A DNA stretch of 64,000 nucleotides from positions 12,062,948 through 12,126,947 of the forward strand of contig NC_092673.1 of assembly GCF_964355755.1 (NCBI RefSeq), given 5' to 3'. Positions 10,701 through 22,700 of this stretch are shown here, one piece after another (the stretch's first letter is position 1; each line of letters begins with the position of its first letter). Source of the DNA: Antedon mediterranea (taxonomy: Eukaryota > Animalia > Echinodermata). Made by a program: the position numbers and the translations under genes. A model generated the notes under the pieces. That model was not told where the DNA came from. It saw only the letters and a program-made list of their open reading frames with translations, and ran no database searches.

Positions 10701-13700
10701 GCTCGAACCAGGTACCTTCTGCGTATTGAGCAAACGTGATAACCACTACGCCAAGAAGCCGCATATAACCATATAACTACATAACGCTGTGGTGTGTGTC
10801 ACACATTGTGGATTCTTAATTAAACAAATTAATTAACAAAAAATTAAAAATCCGGCTCTATAGCTTTGAGGACATGTCCCTGTAGTATGTTCATGCCAAA
10901 TCCCAGCTCAATACTACAACTAATAAGGGAGGAGTAGTACTTTAAAAATCGCACTTTTTACTCAATAGTGTCCAGATGGTGGAGGAGAAAATGAGTAAGT
11001 ACTAGACTCGGGTACCCCGAGTAAAAAGTGCTAGTAGAGTCTTCATGTACAAATAGCAGATTGGTTCAATGGTCATCAGATTCTTCCTGTTCCATTACAA
11101 TCAAATACAGTATAACATAGATAATTTGATGCATAAAAATCTATTTTTTTATACACATAAACATTCAATTTTAAGTTTTAAGGAGCAGTAGATACATTAC
11201 CAGTTCTTCGCCTCTTGTATAAATCTCAGGTTCTGTAATAATGTAGTTATCCATCTGCTAAAGCAATGAATGTACAAGAATGATGTGAACATTGCCAAGG
11301 TTTTGCACTGTTTTCTGCATTTGTGTGGTTTGTGTTCATATATTTATGGAAATAAAAAATAGTCAAAAGTCTAGGCCTCCTTTTTGTATTGTATGTAAAC
11401 AAGCCTGCCTAGATACCTTACCCTGCGAAGAATAATATACAGATAATTACGTTCGTCGTCGTTTATATAATAAAGAAAGAATTTCCACCAATAAGCCTAC
11501 ATTAATAATAATATTATTATCAGGTACAGGCCGAATAAATAATAATTTGTCTTCCTTTTGAGCCGAATCACCAGATGTTCGCCGCGTCACAAACGTACAC
11601 AAACGGTCTTTCATCACATCTAGGGAGGACTAATAACAAATGAGGGCGCTATGTATGCATAGTTTAAATAGTTTAGTTGATTAATTTCTTCAAGCAAGTT
11701 CCGTGGCGCAGTGCATGAAGCGTTGTCTTGCGTTGGAGTGACAATTTCATTGCAAGTTTAAGTCCCAGTAGATGACTTTTGTTTATATATCGTGTTGCCG
11801 CACGAAAATTACACAGTCAATATTATTGTACTTGAGATCTTGCTGGATTTTATATGTTTAATGGCAGGGACACGATAATTACGAGAAAATTACTCAGTCA
11901 ATATCATCGTACTTGAGGATATATACGATTTACAATCCTCGCAGCGGTAGTCATGTGATGCAGTTTCAACCAATCACGTTCACGTATTTACATAAGCTAT
12001 GTAATATGTATAAAATCATTGATTGATTGATTGATCATCAATTATCTATGTTATATTTGATTATATTATGGAACAGGTAGAATCTAATGACCATTGAACC
12101 AATCTGCTATTTGTACATGAAACTCTACAAGCACTTCGTTACATTGCACCATGGTTTATTCATTGTACAAGCAGCGGAGGACAATATACCGTAGTATAGT
12201 AATAACAATAATAATTTATTTGAACATACACTTTTGTAACAGTGCTACACTTCGATATGAAGGTGCGTTCTACAATCAAAATTTACTAAAACCACATTAC
12301 AATGCTAACTATAAAATTTACAATAATAATGTAATATAATGAAAACCAAACAGTATCCTGATATTTACATTGTTGTTGTTAAATATATAAAATTTAAAAT
12401 GTACCCTAAAATTTTTTTTTTTCCAAAATGCAGAAATCTTGTTTATATTATGATCAAATAAAAAGTTTTTATTCATTTATATGATTTGTTTTCAGATTTA
12501 GATCCTAAAGTCATTGTAGATGGAAACAGAGAGAAGACACTACATTTTCTATGGACAATAATATTTCAGTTGCAGGTTAGAAGAGTTGGTTTCTATATTT
12601 CAACACCGTTGTCCCTTAAAACACAAAAAATGAAGGTCAAAATATTCTAAATCTAAATTTGCCATATCAAAGTAATATTAAAGTTATTCACTTTAAGTCG
12701 AAAATTCAAGCCAAAAGCAACAAGTTTACATAATTAACAGCTAAATTAGTTTGATTACATTTCGTCTGGAAAATCGTCGCGAGCGAAAGTAAACAAAGAT
12801 TTTAAACCACGAGTACGCATTATGCATATGCTAATTAGGATTGTTTACAACTCGGCACGGTTGTGAAGGTATTTTCGCACAGATCGTGAGGAAGTTTTTA
12901 ATATGATTATGCATATACAGAGTAGCCAAACAAGCACGTTTCATGGGATATGTTTTGATAAAAAAACGTCTGTATTTCAGTTAAATTATTTTTTGGTGAT
13001 AGTTATTAACTATTATGATACTTCAAAATGACCCACTTTTTTTTCAAAATCTGTTATTTTTTATTTTTTTGGAATTAGTCAATACATCTTTAAGTTAATT
13101 TATTAAAATATCATATGTTTTTCTTAAAGATGTATTGTCCCTTGAAACACAAAAAATGAAAAAAAAAATATTCTAAATTTAAATTGACAAAGTAATATTA
13201 AAGTTATTCACTTAAAGTCGAAAATTTGAGGCAAAAACAACAAGTTTACGTAATTAACAGGTAAATTAATTTGATTGCATTTCGTCTGGAAAATCGTCAC
13301 GAGCGAAAGTAAACAAAGATTTCAAACCACGAGTATGCATTATGCATGATGCTAATTAGGGTTGTTTACAACTCGTCACGGTTGAGAAGGTGTTCTCACA
13401 CAGATTGCGAGGATGTTTTATGATTATGCGTACAAAGTAGCCAAACAAGCGCCTTGCATTATGAGATATGTTTTGATCGAAAACTTTGACTGGAACTCAA
13501 AGTTATTTATTGAACAAAAAAACGTCCGTATTTCGGTTAAATTATTTTTTTTCCCAACTAATTTTTGGTGAAAGTTAATAACTATTATGATACTTCAAAA
13601 TGACCCACTTTTTTCGAAATATTAAAAAAAAATTTTTTTTAATTAGTCAAACGGACAATACATCTTTAAATATATATTACGCACAGAGGTGGGAATAATG

Positions 13701-16700
13701 CTTCGCAGTGACATACATTTTGTTTATGTTGGTTGTTTGGTCATGACTAATCATGCGCACTTAATTTTTTTAATTAATTATCTGATTAAATAACAAATAT
13801 TGTTATTTATGCTGCAAAATCATAGCCATATTCTATTATTTTTTGTTATACATTCATTCTATTCATTATAATGTATATTGATTGTTTTTTTGTTGTTGTC
13901 CAGATTAAAGTTTTTCTCAACAAAAATCAACTGAGAGATGAAATAGGTGTTCTCAAGAGGATTCAACTAATGAACACAACACTTGCTTCACTACAAAGTA
14001 AAGAGAGCTTAACTCATCATGTTGGTTGTGATTCTTCAAGTGATATTTATTTAAAGAATGAAGAATTGAGTTTATTATTGCAATGGTGCAAAGCTGTGTG
14101 TTCACTTTATAACTTGCAGGTAAGATTTGATAGAATTTGACTGTCACCATATGTTGTGTTGATCAAAATATAAACACACGCATGAAAGTTTACATCGTTT
14201 CAGATTTTAAGTTCATGCATAAAAATAATATATGATCAAGGTCAAGGCTTATTTCTTATTTGCCGTAGCGGGTATAAATGCTGAAATAGTCACAGAACCA
14301 GGGCTTGTTTATTGTTAGGTGAAAAATCTTTTAAGGAAACAACAAATAAATTAATTTATAACACGCCTGAGTAGATTGTCATTTGATTGGATGATTGTGG
14401 GTCACAGATTAAATACTTAATGAATCCTTACTCATCAAGAGTGCAATTTTGCTGTGTAAATATGCAATTTGAATTTTGTTTGTGATAATTCTTGTTATAC
14501 ACAACGAGAAACCATGCATTACACAAGTAAAGGCTGTTGACCGATTGCATACCAAAATCAACCTGTATTGTTGTGCACTGTCTAATTGCATCCAAAATTG
14601 GAGTGCTGTCTTTTCGACTGGTATTAGCCTTGTCCTAACTTCTCCCATAACAAGTTATAATATTAATATTGTTATATTATTTTAATTTACAGATAGATAA
14701 TTTTACTGTATCATTTTCTGATGGCCGTGCATTATGCTATCTTGTTCACCATTACCATCCAGGTCTACTTCCATTTGAAGCCATCAAACAGGACACGACA
14801 CAATGGTTTCAAAACTTTGGTCAAGAAACTGATACAGCACCTGGCCAATGTAATATTCTTTTTCTTAATACTGATTAATACTGATACTGTCATTACCAAA
14901 TCAGTTTAAAGTAGCCAAAGCTATTTATAAATAATAAATTACTATTACCATAGTCTATTTTTCTTCATGGTGATCCTCAGCTTCTGATGTGAAACTTGAA
15001 AATGAAAGAGCCAATTATAAACTACTTTTTGATAAAGTTAAGGAACTTGGAGGTGTACCATTAATGGTTAAATCTAAAGATATGATTAATACAATTCCTG
15101 ATGAAAAGGTATGTCTAATGGAACTGTTTTGTCTCTTTAGGTAATTTTATTTGATTTCTAAACATAATACAACATATAATAAATATATATATAATTGCAA
15201 TAATCATTTTATGATAGTTCAGCTCTGGGAAATTTGCTCATTTACGTTTTTTCAGTTAAGTATATCCAGTTTATTTAAGTGATTAATAAGGTTTGTTTTT
15301 TTTACTCGTACATTTATTATTACATTATGCTAAATTAAAACTACAAAACATTTGTTTTTTTTCTAGGTTGTAATCACTTATGTTAGCCACCTTTGTGTTA
15401 GACTTTTGGCCCTACATCGTGAGACTAGCTGTGCTCGTGTAATTCAGTCGGCATGGAAATTATACAAAGTGAGACAATGCCTTCGGGTGAGACAGGTAAC
15501 AAGCCAATCATGTCACTATTAACTTGGAAGTTTGTGTTATTCAGGGTTATCTTTAGTTTTAGGAACTGTCACGGTATATTTATGCTTCGGACCTCTACTG
15601 TGTCACTTTACAAATGGCTGCAATGTTTTGACCATGGTTAGTCAAGACATATGCAGACCTTTATTTAAAGAAATAAGAGGAGAGCACTCAACAATCTATG
15701 CAACAAAGAATTGTGTGGCCGTTGGCAGTCGTAAACGATAGGCCTATTATCTAGGCCTTAATAATATCTAGGATATATCTAGCTAGCCTAGAAGTGCCTT
15801 AGGCTAGAAAGAAAATAGCCGGAGGAGGCTTCTCTAGACTGCTTTCAGTGTCAAGACATTTGGGGCCTACAGTACCAGAATAAATTTCATTTGGTCATAT
15901 ATTGACAGTGGCAGTAGGAAATATAGTTGCAATATCAGTGTAATGTATGAAGTATAAATTGTTATTTCGATATCGTGAAAAAAACACAGAGCCTTAACTT
16001 GGTGAGAATATAAAAAAAAGGAACCAAAACTACACGCAGCACCCTCTTATTGGTCAGATTTAACAAATTTAATATAAAAGGTTACTGAAACCTTTCATCA
16101 TCCTCATAAGCTAGTTTCTTGGCATTTGTCCAATAAATATGCGCTGTTATGTACAATATGGATTTCTGTCAGCATCCTTAGTATGATCAACACATCGTTC
16201 TATAATTTATAAGTTTAGCTAGTTCACCGGTGCCTCTTTCTTCGTTGGTAAAATTCTATTTATTTTCGCCATCATGGGAAATTTCTATCCATGTTCTTTT
16301 TGTCAGTGTCTTGAATATTAATGAGCGGTATTTTTTGCTCTCCTTAGATCGTTTTTAGGAAATCCAGCATGATCGCACAATTTAACAGAAACGGACAAAT
16401 TGAAAAAAAAAAAATGTCCAAGATGCCCGAGCTCAAGCCAAGGAGAACACTGTAAATGTTATTACAAAAACTAATATTTCACTTTGTTTTGCATAGGTGA
16501 AAGAATCCTCAGCAGTGATTATACAACAAACTGTTCGTAAATACCTCAGGATTAAACAGTTTAGGAAGAGAATTAATGCTGCTAAAAAGATTCAAATTTG
16601 GTACAGATGTATTTTAGCAAGGAAACATCTTGATAGTTTAAAACTAGATGAACTTATGAAAGAAAAACAAATAGCTGCTGAAATACTACAGGTAACATAA

Positions 16701-19700
16701 CATTCCCTGTCAAGTAAACTAACAGTAAAAGTAAGGTAAAAAATTGGTTCTGGTTCGCAATTAATTGCGCTGTCTAGCATAAAAAAACCATGCTCATGAT
16801 GCTAACAACTCCTTAATATAGTCATGGAGAAATAATTACCAGCGCCAGTTATAGGACACAACCTATGCTATACAACCTGAGTGAGAACCAATATGATCCC
16901 ACATTATTACCTTTCTTGCTTGTTTATCGAATTGTGTATGTTTCGTTGACTTTATTGGTGTGTTGTTATTTGTTGTTGTGATTTGTGACTTCAACTTGTA
17001 CAATGTGTAATTTTGACCTAAAAAAGATGTCGACGTAGGCGAATTTTGACTTAGTAAATGTGACCTTCAAATAAAAATTACACAGTAATGTATGGGAAAG
17101 AATTGGGACTCAACCTTCACAATCATTTGACTTGTACAAAGTTGAATTCTATTTTATAAAATGAAAGTCAATATGATACTTTTTTTTGTAGCGGTGGTTC
17201 CGAAGTTACATTTTGAGGAAAGGTTCTCTACAATTAAGGAAGTCTGCAATAATTCTACAAGCATATACAAGAGGGTATCAGACAAGAAAGTTTTACAGAA
17301 ATTTAAAAAAGGCAGTTACAGTTGTTCAGACTAGATACAGATCACTACACTATGGCAGGCAAGTTAGACAGAGATATCTTACCCAGAAAGCTGCAGTTCT
17401 TAAGCTTCAGACTGCCTTTAGAGATCATCTGGTTTGTTTGCTCACTAAGAAAGTCAAAGCTGTCAAGCTAATACAAGCTACGTGGAGAAGCTACAAGACT
17501 AAGGAGAAGGCTTCTTTGAAGATACAGTCTGTATTTAGAGGGTATCTTGCTAAGAAGACATATATTCAGATAAAACATGCTGTAGTCACCATTCAAAATT
17601 ATTTCCGTAGATTTCTATTAAGCCAAAATACAAGAAAGCAATTTTTGCGTCTTCGGCATAGTTGCTTAATTATACAAAATACATTCAGAGAAGTTAAAAA
17701 AAGAAAACGAACCAAGCAATATAATTCAGCTTGTATTATTCAAGCAACCTACAAGATGTATGGCACCAGAAAGGAATACCTTCAAATGAAACAAGCTACC
17801 ACAAAGATCCAAGCTGCATTCAGATGTTATTATGAATGCAGACATTTTCAAAGTATAAGAAAAACCACAATTAATTTACAAAGACGGTACCGTGCTAATA
17901 AACAAATGCTGGCTCATAAGACGGCTTATGGTATAACTAGAGGAGCATGTATCACTGTGCAAGCTGCTTTTAAAGCATATCTTTGCCGAAGAAACTATCT
18001 TAACCTGAAGAAGAAAGTAATTCGGATCCAAACTTGTTACAGAGCATTTAAGGCCAGGTCCTCATATCTGAAGTTACGTAAGGCAACACAAATATTGCAG
18101 AAGAGGTTGAGGGCACTGAATGATGGTAGAAGACAATGCCGTGTATACATGAAGGTAAAGTCTGCAACAATGTTGATCCAGTCTGTATTTAGAGGGTATC
18201 GGTGCAGAAAGGTTTTTCAAGAAACAAAGAAAGCAATTATCTTAATTCAGTCTTGTTGTAGATGTTACCAAGCTAAGAAAATATTTGCTCATAAGAAAAA
18301 GGCAGCCACCTTGATTCAATCATTTTATCGACGTTATAGGATTATGAAAATGTACCAGAGTAAAAAGAAAGCAGCTATTTTGATCCAGTCTATTTACAGA
18401 TGTTACGAAAAAAGGAGAATGTTTCAAGAGAAAAAAGAAGCAATAATTTTCATTCAATCTCTGTACAGGGGATATCAGATGAGAAATTTGTTTCTAAAGA
18501 AGAAGAAATCCACTATCCTATTGCAGTGCATTTTCAGGAAAAAATCATTCCAAAAAAAGAAGACCGCAACTATTCTTATCCAATCTGTCTACAGAGGTTA
18601 TCGTATGAGGAAGATGTTTCAAGAGAAAAAAAATGCTGCTCTTACAATCCAGTATGCTTATAATACTTACATGGAAAAGAAGTCTTTTCAAAAAAGAACT
18701 AAAGCCGCAATCTTACTCCAATCTGCATACAGAGGTTATCAAAGTAGAGGAAAATTTAGTAGGCAGAAAAATGCTGCTATTCTAATTCAGTCTGCATACA
18801 GAGGTTATCAAAGTAGAGGGACATTTAGTAGGCAGAAAAATGCTGCTATTCTAATTCAGTCTGCATACAGAGGTTATCAAAGTAGAGGAACATTTAGTAG
18901 GCAAAAGAAAGCTGCTATTCTAATTCAATCTGCATACAGAGGTTATCAAAGTAGAGGATCATTTAGTAGGCAGAAAAATGCTGCTATTCTAATTCAGTCT
19001 GCATACAGAGGTTATCAAAGTAGAGGGACATTTAGTAGGCAGAAAAATGCTGCTATTCTAATTCAATCTGCATACAGAGGTTATCAAAGTAGAGGAACAT
19101 TTAGTAGGCAGAAAAATGCTGCTATTCTAATTCAATCTGCATACAGAGGTTATCAAAGTAGAGGAACATTTAGTAGGCAGAAAAATGCTGCTATTCTAAT
19201 TCAATCTGCATACAGAGGTTATCAAAGTAGAGGATCATTTAGTAGGCAGAAAAATGCTGCTATTCTAATTCAATCTGCATACAGAGGTTATCAAAGTAGA
19301 GGATCATTTAGTAGGCAGAAAAATGCTGCTATTCTAATTCAGTCTGCATACAGAGGTTATCAAAGTAGAGGAACATTTAATAGGCAGAAAAATGCTGCTA
19401 TTATAATTCAATCTGCATACAGAGGTTATCGAAGTAGAGGAACATTTAGTAGGCAGAAAAATGCTGCTATTCTAATTCAATCTGCATACAGAGGTTATCG
19501 AAGTAGAGGAACATTTAGTAGGCAGAAAAATGCTGCTATTATAATTCAATCTGCATACAGAGGTTATCAAAGTAGAGGGACATTTAGTAGGCAGAAAAAT
19601 GCTGCTATTCTAATTCAATCTGCATACAGAGGTTATCAAAGTAGAGGATCATTTAGTAGGCAGAAAAATGCTGCTATACTAATTCAATCTGCATACAGAG

Positions 19701-22700
19701 GTTATCAAAGTAGAGGAACATTTAGTAGGCAAAAGAAAGCTGCTATTCTAATTCAATCTGCATACAGAGGTTATCAAAGTAGAGGGACATTTAGTAGGCA
19801 GAAAAATGCTGCTATTCTAATTCAGTCTGCATACAGAGGTTATCAAAGTAGAGGGACATTTAGTAGGCAGAAAAATGCTGCTATTCTAATTCAGTCTGCA
19901 TACAGAGGTTATCAAAGTAGAGGGACATTTAGTAGGCAGAAAAATGCTGCTATTCTAATTCAGTCTGCATACAGAGGTTATCAAAGTAGAGGGACATTTA
20001 GTAGGCAGAAAAATGCTGCTATTCTAATTCAGTCTGCATACAGAGGTTATCAAAGTAGAGGGACATTTAGTAGGCAGAAAAATGCTGCTATTCTAATTCA
20101 ATCTGCATACAGAGGTTATCGAAGTAGAGGAACATTTAGTAGGCAGAAAAATGCTGCTATTCTAATTCAGTCTGCATACAGAGGTTATCAAAGTAGAGGG
20201 ACATTTAGTAGGCAGAAAAATGCTGCTATTCTAATTCAGTCTGCATACAGAGGTTATCAAAGTAGAGGGACATTTAGTAGGCAGAAAAATGCTGCTATTC
20301 TAATTCAGTCTGCATACAGAGGTTATCAAAGTAGAGGAACATTTAGTAGGCAGAAAAAAGCTGCTATTCTAATTCAGTCTGCATACAGAGGTTATCAAAG
20401 TAGAGGAACATTTAGTATGCAAAAGAAAGCTGCTATTCTAATTCAGTCTGCATACAGAGGTTATCAAAGTAGAGGAACATTTAGTAGGCAGAAAAATGCT
20501 GCTATTCTAATTCAGTCTGCATACAGAGGTTATTGTGGCAGAAAGGGACTCTTTGAGAAAAAGACAGCGGTTCTACTGATACAATCAGTTTACAGAGGCT
20601 CTCAAACCAGGAAATGTTTTCTGAAAAACAAGAAAGCAGCTGTAACTATTCAGTCTTATGTAAGAAAGTGGATATTTCAGAAAAGATACAGCAGTCTGAA
20701 AGGTGCTGCTTTGCTTATTCAGTCGCTATATCGAGCCAAGCTACTCAGAAATGTTTGTTTTAAGTCTTTTCAAAAGAAGAAAAATGCAACAATTCTGTTA
20801 CAGGCTTATGTTAGGAGATATTTGGTGTCTAAACACTATCGGATGAAACTGACCAGTTTGATTAGAATTCAAGCAAGTGTTCGTACCTTTTTACAACGAA
20901 AGAGATATTTGGCACATCGTAATGCTGTTCTATCAATACAGAAACGTTATAGAGCAACAGTGATTGCAAAATATGCAAGATATGCATATTTATACAAGAG
21001 AGGAGCATGTATTGTAATACAATCCCATATAAGAGGCTTTCTTGTACGATCATACATGAGGAAGCTAAATGCTGCTGCTCGCCATATACAAGCGGTTTAT
21101 CGATGCCATAGACAAATAACCAAATACAAGTGTATGCGGAAGTCTGCTATTGTGATCCAAACATTTTGGCGAGCCAATCTGTCTGGTCGAAAGCAATTCA
21201 AGAAATATTTGCACGTCAAAAAATCCATTATTATCATTCAAAAAATGACAAGAAGGTACTTGCAAATTGCAAATCAAAAGAAAGCAGCAACTATAATTCA
21301 GTCTCATTTCAGAATGTACAAACAAAGAAAGATCTTTAAACGTTTACGAATCTCAGTTCTGTTTCTTCAGGCGTGTATTCGACGTTGTCATTGTAGACGC
21401 AATTTCTTGAGAATGCAGTCTGCTGTTACTATCTTACAGATTCATTTCAGGTCATGGAAAGTCATGAAAAATGCTCAGTATGATTTTGAATGTACCCGAG
21501 CAGCAACTATAAAGATGCAAGCATTTTTTAGAGGTAAAATGAAACGAAAGGAGTATTTGAAAAATAAATCATCTGTTGTTGCAATGCAGGCCAAAATTAG
21601 ATCCAAAAGGATAAGGAAATATTTTCTTCAGTTGAAGCAAAGTACTATCTTCCTTCAACAGAAATTTAGGGCTTTGATGAAAGTTCGTCAAGACTACATC
21701 AACTATCATTGTAAACGAGGAGCAATAATTGTCATTCAAGCTGGTTGTAGAAGTTGGATGATACAGAAATGGTATCGTTCAGTATTGAAAGCAAACATCA
21801 CATTGCAGGCGGCTTGCAGGGGATACATTCAAAGGAAAGCATTCAAAGTGCAGAAAAATGCTATAATTGCTTTACAACTACACTTTAGAAATTATAGTAA
21901 AGGAAATTTGCAGCGGAAATTGTATATTTGCAAAAGGTTATCCGTGTTAACTATTCAGAAAGCTTACAGGCAATACAGGTCTAGAAAAGAGGAGAGAAAG
22001 GGAAAAGCAGCAACAACAATTCAGGCTTTCTACAAATCTTACAGACAACAACAAGCCTTCCTTGAGCTGCGTACTGCAACTATAGTAATTCAACGTAAAT
22101 ACAGGTCTTTGAAAGAAGTTGAAACTAAATGTAAATCTGCTATATGCATTCAAGCATGGTTTAGAAGTTGCATTGCAAAAAGAGTATGGAAAAGATATTT
22201 GAGTGATGTCATTCAAATACAGGCTGCTGTTAGAGGATGGAAAGCAAGAAGTGAGTTTAAAGTGAATCTAAAGCAACATCGAGCAGCCTTATGCTTACAG
22301 AAAGCATTCAAGATGTATATTACTGGGAAACATATTATGGTAAGCTTTTAAAATGAATTTACCGTATATTGACATTTTTATTGTAGGCCTATTTGTTTTC
22401 ATATTTGTCATTTGAACCCACTTCTGTACACCATTACATCAGTGGCATTCAATTGTAGCTAAAATTATCAAAACAAGAGAATCTGTAAGAGCTCTAAATC
22501 TAAATAAAGTGATTAAAGGAAGTACTTGTTATTGCAGGAAGAAGAGCAACGAAGAGGTAGCTCTGTTAAACGTTTCAGTGCTGCACTCTATGTTAATTTT
22601 GCAGCAATTCGTATACAGAGAAAGTATAGATGCTTCAAGCTTTTACAAATTGCTAGAAAACGAATACAGTCTGTTATTGTAATTCAGGTAAATTAAAAAT

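Larger units (their letters stand above)
10325..11025 (-). mobile_element. Helentron-associated interspersed element (HINE/DINE-1-like) carrying two tRNA-Val-like sequences
   Basis: Subterminal IR TACTCGGGGTAC (10344-10355) / GTACCCCGAGTA (11012-11023), short 5' IR ACTCGGG..CCCGAGT, 3' stem-loop GCACGAATGTGC (10330-10341) and a terminal CTTGTT on the minus strand. Inserted in an A/T run with no TSD. Confidence 0.75.
10263..12198. mobile_element. Non-autonomous element with ~165-bp terminal inverted repeats; left TIR interrupted by a HINE
   Basis: 10263-10324 joined to 11026-11131 is the reverse complement of ~12036-12198. No clear TSD; ends are approximate. Confidence 0.7.

Noticed and set aside
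17213-22351. 1712-aa ORF as a stand-alone gene
   Set aside because: It starts at TTG and is bounded by in-phase splice sites; it is an internal ASPM exon.
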